Below are positions 1 to 9,245 of a DNA stretch of 53,181 nt, in pieces (position 1 is the stretch's first letter; the number at the start of each line of letters is the position of its first letter). Source of the DNA: Gammaproteobacteria bacterium (lineage in GTDB: Bacteria > Pseudomonadota > Gammaproteobacteria > Pseudomonadales > Azotimanducaceae); contig JAQBCT010000376.1 of assembly GCA_032124855.1 (NCBI GenBank), forward strand, positions 1 through 53,181. The letters run 5' to 3'. The translations under genes were made by a program, and so were the position numbers. The notes beneath the pieces are model-generated. The model saw only the letters and a program-made list of their open reading frames with translations, did no database searches and was not told where the DNA came from.

Positions 1-42
1 TGCCACCCGTAGCTGCATGACCCTTCCCCTCCCACCGCCGCG

Positions 43-1515
43 TTGAGTTGGCATACTAGCCTGGACCCAGTGCCCCAGCGAGACGACGCCTTGTCTTCGA
101 TCCACGACCTGCTCGCCGATATCCGTGGTACCCAGAGGGGCTCGCATGTGGCGGCGTTGTTCGACATGGATCGAACGCTGATCGAAGGTTTTTCGGCCCA
201 GGATGTGCTCGTCGAGCGGTTGCAGCGGCGCGAGGTGACATTGCCCCAGCTGGCCACCGGCATCGGCGCGGCGCTTCAATACGGCGCCGGTCGCATCGCC
301 TTTGTCGAATTCGTCAATCGCACAGCCGCCTTGCTGGCAGGCCGCAGCGATGCCGAGAACCGTGCGTTCGGCGCTGAGCTCTTCGAAAAGCGGGTGGCGC
401 GCCGCATCTATCCGGAAGCGCGACGATTGATCGAGGCGCATCGCGCGGCAGGACATACGCTCGCGGTGGTGTCTTCGGCAACGCCGTACCAGGTCGAACC
501 CGTCGCCGCCGCGCTGGGCATCACCCACGTGTTGTGTACGCAATTGCAGGTAAACGATGGCATCTGCACTGGCCGCGTGCTCGAACCCGCCTGCTTCGGC
601 CCGGGGAAGGCGGATGCTGCTCGGGACCTGGCTGAGCGGATGGCATGCGATCTGAAACAGAGCTACTTTTACAGCGATGGCGCCGAGGACCTGCCCCTGC
701 TTGAGATCGTTGGGCATCCGCGACCGCTCAATCCAGATGGCACGCTTACGACGATTGCCAGGCAGCGCCGCTGGCCCATCACCCGATTCAACAGCCGCGG
801 TGTACCCACCGCGCTGCAGTTGTTGCGCACGGGTCTCGCCTACTCCACCGCGCTGCCGGCATTGGCCTTTGGCATTGCGGATCTTGCTTTGAATGGTTCG
901 GTGCGTGACGCGCGCAACCTGACGGCGTCGGTGTGGGGCGATCTGGCCGCTGCAGCGATCGATCTGAAGCTGGAAATCGTGGGTGAGGAGAACCTGTGGA
1001 GCCACCGCCCGGCAGTTTTCGTCTTCAATCATCAAAGCGCGCTCGATGCAGTCGTGCTGGCGAAACTGCTGCGCCGGGATTTCAGCGGGGTGGCCAAACA
1101 GGAGCTGCGCGATCAGCCATTCGTGGGCCAGCTGGCGCAACTGGCAGGGGCGATCTTCGTCGATCGTGGCGACACGGCGGGCGCCATCGACGCCTTGGAC
1201 GCGGCGGTGGATGCGCTGCGCGCCGGCACGTCAATCGTCATCGCGCCTGAGGGAACGCGCAGCGCGACGCATCAGCTCGGGCCGTTCAAGAAGGGTGCCT
1301 TTCATCTGGCGCGGCAAGCAGGTGTGCCGATCGTGCCGATCGTGCTCAAGCACACTACCGATGCACTGCCTAAAGGCGCATGGATCGCACGCCCGGGCAC
1401 GGTCGAGGTGATCGTGCATTCGCCGATTGACACTGCCGGGTGGCACGAAAGCTCCATGAACACATACGTCGCGCAAATCAGACAAATCTTCATCGATGCC
1501 TTGGCAACCGAGTAA
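43..1515 (+). CDS. HAD-IB family hydrolase fused to 1-acyl-sn-glycerol-3-phosphate (lysophospholipid) acyltransferase
   Basis: ORF 43..1515. N-terminal HAD motif I is FDMDRTLIEG (DxDxT). The C-terminal half carries the acyltransferase H(x)4D block NHQSALD and the PEGTRS block. Confidence 0.8.
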   Translation: MSWHTSLDPVPQRDDALSSIHDLLADIRGTQRGSHVAALFDMDRTLIEGFSAQDVLVERLQRREVTLPQLATGIGAALQYGAGRIAFVEFVNRTAALLAGRSDAENRAFGAELFEKRVARRIYPEARRLIEAHRAAGHTLAVVSSATPYQVEPVAAALGITHVLCTQLQVNDGICTGRVLEPACFGPGKADAARDLAERMACDLKQSYFYSDGAEDLPLLEIVGHPRPLNPDGTLTTIARQRRWPITRFNSRGVPTALQLLRTGLAYSTALPALAFGIADLALNGSVRDARNLTASVWGDLAAAAIDLKLEIVGEENLWSHRPAVFVFNHQSALDAVVLAKLLRRDFSGVAKQELRDQPFVGQLAQLAGAIFVDRGDTAGAIDALDAAVDALRAGTSIVIAPEGTRSATHQLGPFKKGAFHLARQAGVPIVPIVLKHTTDALPKGAWIARPGTVEVIVHSPIDTAGWHESSMNTYVAQIRQIFIDALATE

Positions 1516-1814
1516 TCTGGCGGTCGGGATGGCCGGATTTGATGCCCGTCACAATTTGCTGGCAAGGCGCCGGTGGATGCAGATAACGCCATGCCGATAG
1601 TCGCCGCGGGTGAGACCTGTCTAACCGATTTTGCGCAGCGAAACGGCGAGCATGGGTCCGGCGTGCGTCCAACGCAGCGCTGCCGAGGCAAGGTTCAAGC
1701 CGAGGCTCTCAATTGATGCACAGGGATTGCGGCTCACATGTTCGACCCGACCCGACACCCCGGACCCCGCGTGGTTGATCGATACCCTCGACGAATCCGC
1801 CGCGCAGGCATGCG

Positions 1815-4370
1815 ATGACCTTCTCGATCGCCCAGGTTGTCGCCATTCTCATTCTGGCCTGCTCCAGCTTCGGAGCGGGCTGGTTATTGCGCCGCATCCA
1901 GGCCAAAACCCGTGAAGCACAGCTGCACAAGAGTCTGCAGGAAACACGGGACATCATTCCGCAGCTCGAAACCAATGTGCGCAAGCGGGACCAGCGTCTG
2001 GCGGTGCTGAGCGCTGAGCTCGTGGACTGGAAAGACAAGGTTCCGCAGCTGGAAACGTCAGTCAAACGCCAGGCAGGCGAGGTGCACGCTAAAGAGCGCG
2101 AACTGCGACTCGTGCGCACGGAACTCAGCGCGGTCAAGGATGCGCTTGCAGAGGCGCCGCGCCTGGCCGAAGCCGAACGGGCACCACTGCGCGAGGCATT
2201 GAAGACGTGGCAAGCCCGCTGCGATGAGCTGGTGAGTGTGCTGGCCGCAGTGGAGGCGCACCCGCCTCGCCTGGATCAGCCTGGCGATGGTAGCGACGAT
2301 CGGGCGGCTCTTGCCGCACAAGCGGCACGCTCGGACGCTATGGGCGCTGCGCTGCGAGACCGTGAAGCCACGATCAATGAGCTGCGCACGCATCTGGACA
2401 GTGTGGTCGCGCGACGCGACGCGATGGAGATTGAAGCGAGCGAGCGCGCGAACGAAGTGATGAAACTGCGCGATGATGTGGGCAAGTGGCAGGCCCGCGT
2501 ACCCAAGCTGCTGGCAACCATCAAAGCGCGCGAGTCGACGATTGAAGCCCATGCGACAACGTTGGCCGACCGGAATCAGCAGGTCAAAGATCGCGACGGT
2601 GCGCTCGCTCAGCGCGAGATTTTGGGGGCGAAGCGCGAACTCGTGCTCGCCGAGCAGGCCGTGAAACTCGTCGAAGCCGAACGGGCAATCGAGGTGCTGC
2701 GCGGTGAACTCGCCATTCAGCGTGTCGCGGAACAGAAGCTGCACGACGAACTGCAGGTAGCGTCGCAGCGGTTCGCCATCGAAAACACGCGGGTTGCCGA
2801 ACTATCCGCGAAGGTCGACGCGCTGGTCACAACGGTGGCAGAACGTGATGCCACGAACGCAGAGCGCCATACCGCGCTTCAGGAGCGCGATGCCGCGCTC
2901 GAGGGACAGCGGCAGGCCAGCGAACACCAGACCGCCGAATTTCAGGCCTCGCTGGCCCACACCAACAGTCAGCTCGCCACTGCGCTTCGCGTTGGCCGCG
3001 ACGAGCAGGCGAGTCATCGCGATATGGTCGAATCGTTGGTGGCGGAGCGCGATGCCGTCGCGGCCCGCGTAAGAAGCGTCGAACAGGAGCTGGATCAACT
3101 GCGCGCGCAGCAGAGCCAAGCCCTGGCTGCAGAGCAGCTGCGCGCCGAGCACGAATTTGGTCAGCGCACGGAACTTTCGGCGGCGCGTGACCAACTGACG
3201 GAACGACTCAACTCGCTGCAGGCGCAGCTCGCCATGGGCGAACGCCAGCGGGCCGTGGTGGAGGCCGAACGTTCTGCGCTGGCGGAGCGCGCCTCGGCGT
3301 TCCAGGAGCAGCTCACCCAACAGCAGAACGAGCGCGAGGCATTGCAGCGCTCGCACGATGCGACACGCGGCGAGCTGGCAGAGTTGCATACAAAACTCGC
3401 CGAGGCCGAAGCGGCGCAGCACGCGGTGCAGTCGGGCGCGGCGAACATGGATGCGCAGATCGTTGAACTGCAGGAACAGCGCACCGCGCGTGAATCGGAT
3501 CTGACGACCGTGCGTGCTTCGCTTGATCAGTCCCACGCGCAGAGCAGCGAGCTGCAAAGTGCGCTGCAGCAGCGCGATGCGGAGATGGTGGTGCTGCGAG
3601 CCGAACTGGCCACAGGACCTGCGCGGGTCGCGCCATTGGAGAGAATGCTCAAAGCACGCGATGCGGCCATCGTGGAGCGCAGCGAGCGCATCGACACGCT
3701 CACCAGTCAGATCGAGACCTTGGATGCGACGTTGCGGCAACGTGCGAGTCGCATCAGCGAGTTGGAGAAGCAAGTCACCGATGCAGCCGCGGTGGAAGGA
3801 GACGGCGACGTTCGAAAAACCGAATACCTCGAGCAGCGCGTTGCGGCGCAGATCGAAAAGAACCGGGAGCAGTCCCGATTGCTTGACGAACGCGATCGCG
3901 AAGTTGCGGCCTTGACCAAGCAGCGCGATCTCAATGACAAGTCGCTGACGGTGCTCAAACAACAGCTCGACGGTGCGCGCGACTCCGAAGCGCGGCTTGC
4001 AGAATTGCTGCGGACGCTCAAGAGCGAAGCACTCGCAGGTGCTGCCACGGAGCCCTCCGAGTCCGCAGCGATCGCGCCTAACGGACTGCTTCAGGCGCGT
4101 CCTGAAGCAGTGGATGACCTGCAACAGATTCGCGGCATCGGTGAGGGGTTCGAGCGGGGCTTGAACAAGCTTGGAATTTACCGCTACAGCCAGCTGGCTG
4201 GGTTGTCGGCCGCCGAGATCGTATGGATCGAAAATCAGCTGCCGACATTCCGTGGCCGCATCGAGCGCGACGATTGGCCCACCCAGGCGGCGCAACTGCT
4301 CGCGCAAGACGGCGGCAATGATTGGACGTTGCGCGCGCCGGATGCCCCGACCGTGCACGGGCTCAACTAA
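1815..4370 (+). CDS. Membrane-anchored long coiled-coil protein with C-terminal helix-hairpin-helix module
   Basis: ORF 1815..4370 (851 aa). It starts with a hydrophobic N-terminal helix, IAQVVAILILACSSFGAGWLL. About 750 aa of A/E/R/L/Q-rich coiled-coil-like sequence follow, with no Walker A motif. The C-terminal DDLQQIRGIGEGFERGLNKLGIYRYSQLAGL...FRGRIERDDW resembles the HhH module seen as a C-terminal extension of some NuoE proteins. Confidence 0.7.
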   Translation: MTFSIAQVVAILILACSSFGAGWLLRRIQAKTREAQLHKSLQETRDIIPQLETNVRKRDQRLAVLSAELVDWKDKVPQLETSVKRQAGEVHAKERELRLVRTELSAVKDALAEAPRLAEAERAPLREALKTWQARCDELVSVLAAVEAHPPRLDQPGDGSDDRAALAAQAARSDAMGAALRDREATINELRTHLDSVVARRDAMEIEASERANEVMKLRDDVGKWQARVPKLLATIKARESTIEAHATTLADRNQQVKDRDGALAQREILGAKRELVLAEQAVKLVEAERAIEVLRGELAIQRVAEQKLHDELQVASQRFAIENTRVAELSAKVDALVTTVAERDATNAERHTALQERDAALEGQRQASEHQTAEFQASLAHTNSQLATALRVGRDEQASHRDMVESLVAERDAVAARVRSVEQELDQLRAQQSQALAAEQLRAEHEFGQRTELSAARDQLTERLNSLQAQLAMGERQRAVVEAERSALAERASAFQEQLTQQQNEREALQRSHDATRGELAELHTKLAEAEAAQHAVQSGAANMDAQIVELQEQRTARESDLTTVRASLDQSHAQSSELQSALQQRDAEMVVLRAELATGPARVAPLERMLKARDAAIVERSERIDTLTSQIETLDATLRQRASRISELEKQVTDAAAVEGDGDVRKTEYLEQRVAAQIEKNREQSRLLDERDREVAALTKQRDLNDKSLTVLKQQLDGARDSEARLAELLRTLKSEALAGAATEPSESAAIAPNGLLQARPEAVDDLQQIRGIGEGFERGLNKLGIYRYSQLAGLSAAEIVWIENQLPTFRGRIERDDWPTQAAQLLAQDGGNDWTLRAPDAPTVHGLN

Positions 4371-4415
4371 CCTGATAGGCGTACACTGCCGAACCCGCCC
4401 GAGTTCGGAGTCCCT

Positions 4416-5741
4416 GTGACCACCACCACTGCAGCGTTCGATGTCGCATTTCGCGCTGAGCAATTCATAGACAGTCTGAAACGCGATGGCGTCGCTGGCC
4501 GACTGTTCGGCCACAGCCGCGAACGCACCGAACTCGCCAGCCACACGCTGTACGGCGGCAGTGGCGGCATCATTCTCTTCTACCTCGAGTTGTACGCGGC
4601 CACCGCACAGACCCGGTATCTCGATGTCGCGCGCTCGGCAGCGCGCGAACTCGCCGCGTATGTGCGCTCCACCCAGCGGCAATCGTGCGCCATCTATACG
4701 GGCTGGCCGGGCCACGCGTTCGTGCTGAGCCAAGCGGCAAAAGCGGCGGGTGATGCGGATCTGCGCCAGGCGGCGGTGCTGTGCCTGGATCGCCTGCGCG
4801 AAAGCGCCCATGAACTTGGCGCTGGCATTGGCTGGATTGAGCCCATGCCGTTTTCCGATATCCACGGCTTCAAGGGCGACCGCGAAATCTACGATGCGTC
4901 CGTCGGTGCGGCTGGCGCGGGCTTCGTGCTGCTGCGCGCCCCACGAGATGATCTGCATCCCCAGGCGCTTGCGTGGGCAACGGGTGTGGGCGATCGGCTG
5001 TTGGAGGTCGCGGATGCGACGCCGCACGGCTTGAACTGGGCGCTGATGTCCGAGATGCCGTTTGCCTGGACGCCGTCGAACTTTGCCCACGGCGCCGCGG
5101 GTGTCGGTGCGTTCATGGCGATGTTGTACGAAGCAACCGGACACGCCCGCTTTCTCGATGCGGCGCGCGCGGCGGCGGCGCATCTGATGCATCTCTCAAG
5201 CCCTGCAGGCGACGGTCATCTTGTTCACCACCATGACGGCGATGGTGAAAACCTGTTCTATCTCTCGGTATGCCACGGACCACCGGGCACCACCCGCCTG
5301 TTCTACCTGCTGCAGCGCATCACTGGCGAGGCTCAGTACGAACAGTGGCAGGACGGCGCATTTCGCGGGCTGCTCAGCACAGGTGCGCCAGAGACGCGCT
5401 CGGCGGGATTCTGGAACAACGTGTCGCAGTGTTGCGGTGATGCGGGGGTGGGCGACTACGCGTTGCAGAGCTATCACGCCAATGGTGATGCGCGCTATCT
5501 GGAACTTGCGGAGCGCGAGGCGGCCGAGCTGGTGCGGCGCAGTGTGGCCGTTGGCGACGGTCTGTGCTGGCCGCAGGCGGAGCATCGCGAGCGGCCGAAA
5601 TATCTGGAGGCTCAGACGGGCTACATGCAGGGTGCAGCGGGTATCGGCAGCTTCTTTGTGCACCTGGCAACCACCCGAGCGGGTCGGCCTGTGAAGATCG
5701 CCTTTCCCGATACGCCGTTCGCCGACGCGCCCGGGGATTGA
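4416..5741 (+). CDS. LanC-like (lanthionine synthetase C family) protein
   Basis: GTG start at 4416 with GGAG upstream. There are seven GxxG-type repeats typical of the LanC alpha-toroid: YGGSGG, GWPGHAF, VGAAGAG, FAHGAAGVG, VCHGPPG, QCCGDAGVG, QGAAGIG. Confidence 0.75.
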   Translation: MTTTTAAFDVAFRAEQFIDSLKRDGVAGRLFGHSRERTELASHTLYGGSGGIILFYLELYAATAQTRYLDVARSAARELAAYVRSTQRQSCAIYTGWPGHAFVLSQAAKAAGDADLRQAAVLCLDRLRESAHELGAGIGWIEPMPFSDIHGFKGDREIYDASVGAAGAGFVLLRAPRDDLHPQALAWATGVGDRLLEVADATPHGLNWALMSEMPFAWTPSNFAHGAAGVGAFMAMLYEATGHARFLDAARAAAAHLMHLSSPAGDGHLVHHHDGDGENLFYLSVCHGPPGTTRLFYLLQRITGEAQYEQWQDGAFRGLLSTGAPETRSAGFWNNVSQCCGDAGVGDYALQSYHANGDARYLELAEREAAELVRRSVAVGDGLCWPQAEHRERPKYLEAQTGYMQGAAGIGSFFVHLATTRAGRPVKIAFPDTPFADAPGD

Positions 5742-5746
5742 CAGTG

Positions 5747-6460
5747 ATGCGCATCGGTTTGATCGGCGACATCCACGCCGAACACCGGCGCCTCGACGCC
5801 GCGCTGGCGTTCCTGCACGGACAGAGCGTGACGTCGATCCTCAGCACCGGCGATATCGCCGACGGCGATGGTTGCGTCGACACCTGCTGCCGGCTCCTCG
5901 CCGACGCATCAGTCGTCGCGGTGGCGGGAAATCACGATCGCTGGCTGCTCGCGGATCGTCTGCGCGACATTCCCGGGGCGCACCGCGCCGGTGATTTGGC
6001 CCAGAGCAGTCGCGACTATCTTGCGGCGCTGCCCGCCACCCATACGTTCGACACGCCGTTCGGGGAGACGCTGCTTTGCCACGGCGTGCTCGAGAATGAC
6101 CTGCGCAAGGTGTGGCCGGGTTCGCCACGCATGCCCGTCGAGCGCAGTCCGGAGCTCGACCGTCTCATCGGCACGGGGCAGACACGCCTCGTTATCAACG
6201 GCCATCTGCACTATCGGGTGGTGGTGAATTTCGAGGGTCTGACGATGCTCAATGCCGGGACGCTGCGCGGCGATCATCGCCCAGGGGTCACCATCCTGGA
6301 TCTGGCGAAGGCCGAGGCCAGCGCATTCGAATTCGATGCGGCACTTGCGCTGCACCGTGTCGCTGAGGCGTCGCTGCAGGGTGACGGGGAGCGCCGGGTG
6401 TGGCGCGACACCCAGGAATTCGACGGTCGCTGGTCACCGGTAACGTTGTACGCGGCCTGA
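5747..6460 (+). CDS. Metallophosphoesterase (calcineurin-like phosphoesterase)
   Basis: I chose the internal ATG at 5747 within ORF 5564..6460, 5 nt after the LanC-like stop. Motifs present: GDIHAEH, TGDIADGDG, AGNHDRW, CHGV, INGHLH. Confidence 0.8.
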   Translation: MRIGLIGDIHAEHRRLDAALAFLHGQSVTSILSTGDIADGDGCVDTCCRLLADASVVAVAGNHDRWLLADRLRDIPGAHRAGDLAQSSRDYLAALPATHTFDTPFGETLLCHGVLENDLRKVWPGSPRMPVERSPELDRLIGTGQTRLVINGHLHYRVVVNFEGLTMLNAGTLRGDHRPGVTILDLAKAEASAFEFDAALALHRVAEASLQGDGERRVWRDTQEFDGRWSPVTLYAA

Positions 6461-6500
6461 GGCTTCGGCGTTCGCCTGGAGCCCCAAAACTGACCAAAAA

Positions 6501-6528
6501 TTGGGCATTTGGGCGGCGAAGGTAGATA
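6501..6528 (+). promoter_or_regulatory. Possible sigma70 promoter upstream of the small basic protein gene
   Basis: TTGGGC (6501-6506), a 16-nt spacer, then TAGATA (6523-6528). Pattern match only. Confidence 0.25.
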
Positions 6529-6551
6529 CTGTCGACTTCCACTTTTGACCG

Positions 6552-6761
6552 ATGAGAATCCCCATGGCGATCAAGCCCAAGACACCTTCGTCTCCAGAAG
6601 CCCGTAAACAGCTCGAAAAAGACGTTGCCGCATTCCTGAAATCCGGCAACAAGATCCAGCGCATTCCCACCGGCGTCAGCGGCCAGGACGGGCTGGGTAA
6701 TCGCAAGCAGCTCGTGCTCGGCCCCAGCTCCAAGGCGAAAGCCGGCAAAGCCAAGAGGTAG
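6552..6761 (+). CDS. Small basic hypothetical protein
   Basis: ORF 6552..6761, with an alternative ATG at 6564. It is Lys-rich with coding-like third-position GC. I recognise no family. Confidence 0.45.
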   Translation: MRIPMAIKPKTPSSPEARKQLEKDVAAFLKSGNKIQRIPTGVSGQDGLGNRKQLVLGPSSKAKAGKAKR

Positions 6762-6782
6762 CGGCACGGGGCCGCGTCGCAG

Positions 6783-8204
6783 ATGGCTGCCTTCGCTGAA
6801 TACCCCCAATACGACGCCATCGGCCTGGCTGCGCTGATTCGCGCGGGCCAGGTGTCGGCTGCCGAGGTTCTGGACGAAGCCATCGCGTGCACCGCGGCCG
6901 CGAATCCGTCCCTGAATGCGGTGGTCGCCACCTGCTACGAGCCGGCGCGACGCAGCGCCGCGCTGAAGTTGCCCGACGCGCTGCTGGCTGGCGTGCCCTT
7001 TCTCGTCAAGGACATCACCTACATGCAGGGACTTCCCTGCACGTCGGGCAGCCGCTTGTTCGCCGACTATGTGCCAGACCACGACGCAGAGATCGTGGCC
7101 CGCTATCGTGCGGCGGGACTGGTGATCTTCGGCAAGACCAATACACCGGAATTTGGTCTCAATGTGTCCACTGAATCGGTGCTGTTCGGTGCCTGTCACA
7201 ACCCGTGGGATCTCGGGCGGACCACGGGCGGATCCAGCGGTGGTGCGGCTGCGGCTGTGGCGGCAGGCCTGCTGCCTGCAGCCCACGCCACCGACGGCGG
7301 CGGATCCATCCGTATCCCCGCCGCCTGCTGCGGCCTGGTGGGACTGAAACCGACGCGGGCCCGCAATCCCCAGGGCCCTGATGTGGGGGAAGGCTGGAGC
7401 GGTATGTCCGCCGGACATGTCGTATCGCGCAGCGTGCGCGACAGTGCCGCCTTTCTCGATGCGACGCATGGGCCTGCAGCCGGGGATCCCTATTTCGCAC
7501 CGACCTTTTCGGGCTCGTATCTGGCGCGGCTGGTTGAGACGCCGCGACAGCTGAAAATTGCGCTCGATAATTCGAGCCTCACCGGGATGCCTACCGATCC
7601 CGAATGTGTGGCGGCAACGCACGCAGCCGCGCGCCTGTGCGAATCCCTGGGGCATAGCGTCGAGGTGGCCTCCCCGCAATTCGATCGCTCGGCGTTTCGC
7701 CACGCCACCGGTATCGCGATTTCGGCCAATGTGGCCCATCTCGTGGACGGCCGGCTGGCAGTGCTGGGCCGGACACTGGATGACGGTGACGTCGAGCCCC
7801 AGACCCGCCGCACGGTGGAGTACGGGCGCAGCCTGGCGGCGACGCAACTGACCGCGGCGCTGCATACCATCCACCGCATCGGCCGCGCGGTCGGGCGATT
7901 CCACGACACCTACGATGTCATGCTGACACCCACTCTGGTAGCGCCACCGGTGCCGCTGGGCTGGCTGGATACCGTCAATCTCGATGCGGCGACCTTCGCC
8001 GATCGCTTCGCCCGGTTCTGGGGATTCACCAATCTGCAGAACGCCACAGGGCAGCCCGCGATCTCCCTGCCGCTCGCCTGGAGCGAGGCGGGGCTGCCGG
8101 TGGGCGTGCAGTTTGTGGGCCGCCTTGGCGATGATTTGCTGCTGCTGCAACTAGCGGCGCAGTTGGAGCAGGCCCAGCCATGGTTCGATCGACGGCCCGG
8201 CTGA
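6783..8204 (+). CDS. Amidase (amidase-signature family)
   Basis: ORF 6783..8204. Contains the GGSSGG signature ([17 protein letters not shown]) and the surrounding Gly/Ser-rich AS region. Confidence 0.85.
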   Translation: MAAFAEYPQYDAIGLAALIRAGQVSAAEVLDEAIACTAAANPSLNAVVATCYEPARRSAALKLPDALLAGVPFLVKDITYMQGLPCTSGSRLFADYVPDHDAEIVARYRAAGLVIFGKTNTPEFGLNVSTESVLFGACHNPWDLGRTTGGSSGGAAAAVAAGLLPAAHATDGGGSIRIPAACCGLVGLKPTRARNPQGPDVGEGWSGMSAGHVVSRSVRDSAAFLDATHGPAAGDPYFAPTFSGSYLARLVETPRQLKIALDNSSLTGMPTDPECVAATHAAARLCESLGHSVEVASPQFDRSAFRHATGIAISANVAHLVDGRLAVLGRTLDDGDVEPQTRRTVEYGRSLAATQLTAALHTIHRIGRAVGRFHDTYDVMLTPTLVAPPVPLGWLDTVNLDAATFADRFARFWGFTNLQNATGQPAISLPLAWSEAGLPVGVQFVGRLGDDLLLLQLAAQLEQAQPWFDRRPG

Positions 8205-8229
8205 GGCCGACCCGCGCCGGCAAGCCACG

Positions 8230-8826
8230 ATGTTGATCACGCACGCGGCCAAATCCCCCGACGTTCATCCCAGTGCCTGGGTGGCACCCAACGCGGTGGT
8301 CTGCGGCGATGTGACCATCGGACCGGGCTGTCGCGTACTGCACGGCGCACAGTTGATCGCCGAAGGCGGGTCAATTTCGCTGGGCAAAGAAACCATCGTG
8401 CTGGAAAACGCGGTGCTGCGAAGCACGTTCCGGCATCAGCTGGTGGTGGGCGATCATTGCGTCATCGGTCCGCACACCCATGTGGTGGGCTGCACACTCG
8501 AAGACGAGGTATTCATCGCCACGGGCGCGGCCGTTTTCCACGGCGCCCACATCGGCAAGGGCGCCGAAGTGCGCATCAACGCCGTCGTTCACCTGCGCAC
8601 GCGACTGGCCGGCGGGACCACCGTGCCGATCGGGTGGGTCGCGGTTGGCGATCCTGCGCGCATACTCCCCGCGCATGAGCACGATGCGATCTGGGCGATT
8701 CAGCAACCGCTGAATTTTCCGCTCACGGTTTATGGCATCGAACGTGCCGACGCGAATATGGTGAGCATCACACAACGGTTGTCGCAGGTGCTGGGCACAC
8801 ATCGTGATGACACGATCAGCGAGTGA
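8230..8826 (+). CDS. Gamma carbonic anhydrase-like / left-handed beta-helix (hexapeptide repeat) protein
   Basis: ORF 8230..8826. Hexapeptide-like periodicity is visible (VCGDVTIGPGCRV, VVGDHCVIGPHTHV, IGKGAEVRINAVV). Confidence 0.75.
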   Translation: MLITHAAKSPDVHPSAWVAPNAVVCGDVTIGPGCRVLHGAQLIAEGGSISLGKETIVLENAVLRSTFRHQLVVGDHCVIGPHTHVVGCTLEDEVFIATGAAVFHGAHIGKGAEVRINAVVHLRTRLAGGTTVPIGWVAVGDPARILPAHEHDAIWAIQQPLNFPLTVYGIERADANMVSITQRLSQVLGTHRDDTISE

Positions 8827-8844
8827 CGTAATGCGGGGGATGCG

Positions 8845-9240
8845 TTGAGCCCGAAACGTGTGCTGCTGCTGCGCCGCGCGCTGGCAATCCTCTGTGGATA
8901 CATCGCCTGGTCGGCGCTGTGGCTGGGTTATGGCGCGTTGCTGCAGATGCTCGCCGTGCTCCCCGCCGACCCGACGCTCGCGATCCAGCGCAATGCGACG
9001 CTGGTTGCGCTGCTGTCGGGCAGCGTCACCGCCTCGCTGATGGCTGGCTTCATCACCGGAATGATCGACCGCACGAATTCGTACCGCTCTGCGGTATGGT
9101 TGGGTTGCGCGCTGCTGGCGACAGGAATTTTCGTGCAGGTGCAATATTGGGGGTTGATGCCACTGTGGTATCACCTGAGTTTTCTGGGACTGCTGCTGCC
9201 AATGAGTCTCGGCGGCATGCACCTCTCCCGTTGGAGGTGA
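8845..9240 (+). CDS. Small integral membrane protein (about 4 TM helices)
   Basis: TTG start at 8845 preceded by GGGGGA. Four hydrophobic stretches are present. It is operonic with its neighbours. Confidence 0.5.
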   Translation: MSPKRVLLLRRALAILCGYIAWSALWLGYGALLQMLAVLPADPTLAIQRNATLVALLSGSVTASLMAGFITGMIDRTNSYRSAVWLGCALLATGIFVQVQYWGLMPLWYHLSFLGLLLPMSLGGMHLSRWR

Positions 9241-9245
9241 ACGCG

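Noticed and set aside
1516-1814. 300-nt intergenic region searched for an sRNA, riboswitch or small gene (ORFs 1631..1915+ and 1302..1691-)
   Set aside because: I could see no convincing stem-loops, conserved riboswitch cores or protein-like translation. It probably contains only the promoter region of the coiled-coil gene.
2802-5192. 796-aa minus-strand ORF overlapping the coiled-coil and LanC-like genes
   Set aside because: It is Arg/Ala/Gln-rich, low-complexity translation antisense to two genes with clear motifs. This is a typical high-GC antisense open frame. The same reasoning applies to 6288..8150(-), 15646..17130(-), 18428..19801(+), 24121..25077(-), 33266..34375(-), 39663..40733(+), 43069..44076(-), 44943..45977(-), 47989..48987(+) and 50453..51619(+).
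4416-6761. Possible lanthipeptide biosynthetic cluster around the LanC-like gene, with the 69-aa ORF at 6552 as precursor
   Set aside because: There is no dehydratase (LanB, LanM, LanKC or LanL) or transporter. The small ORF contains no cysteine, so it cannot form lanthionine rings.
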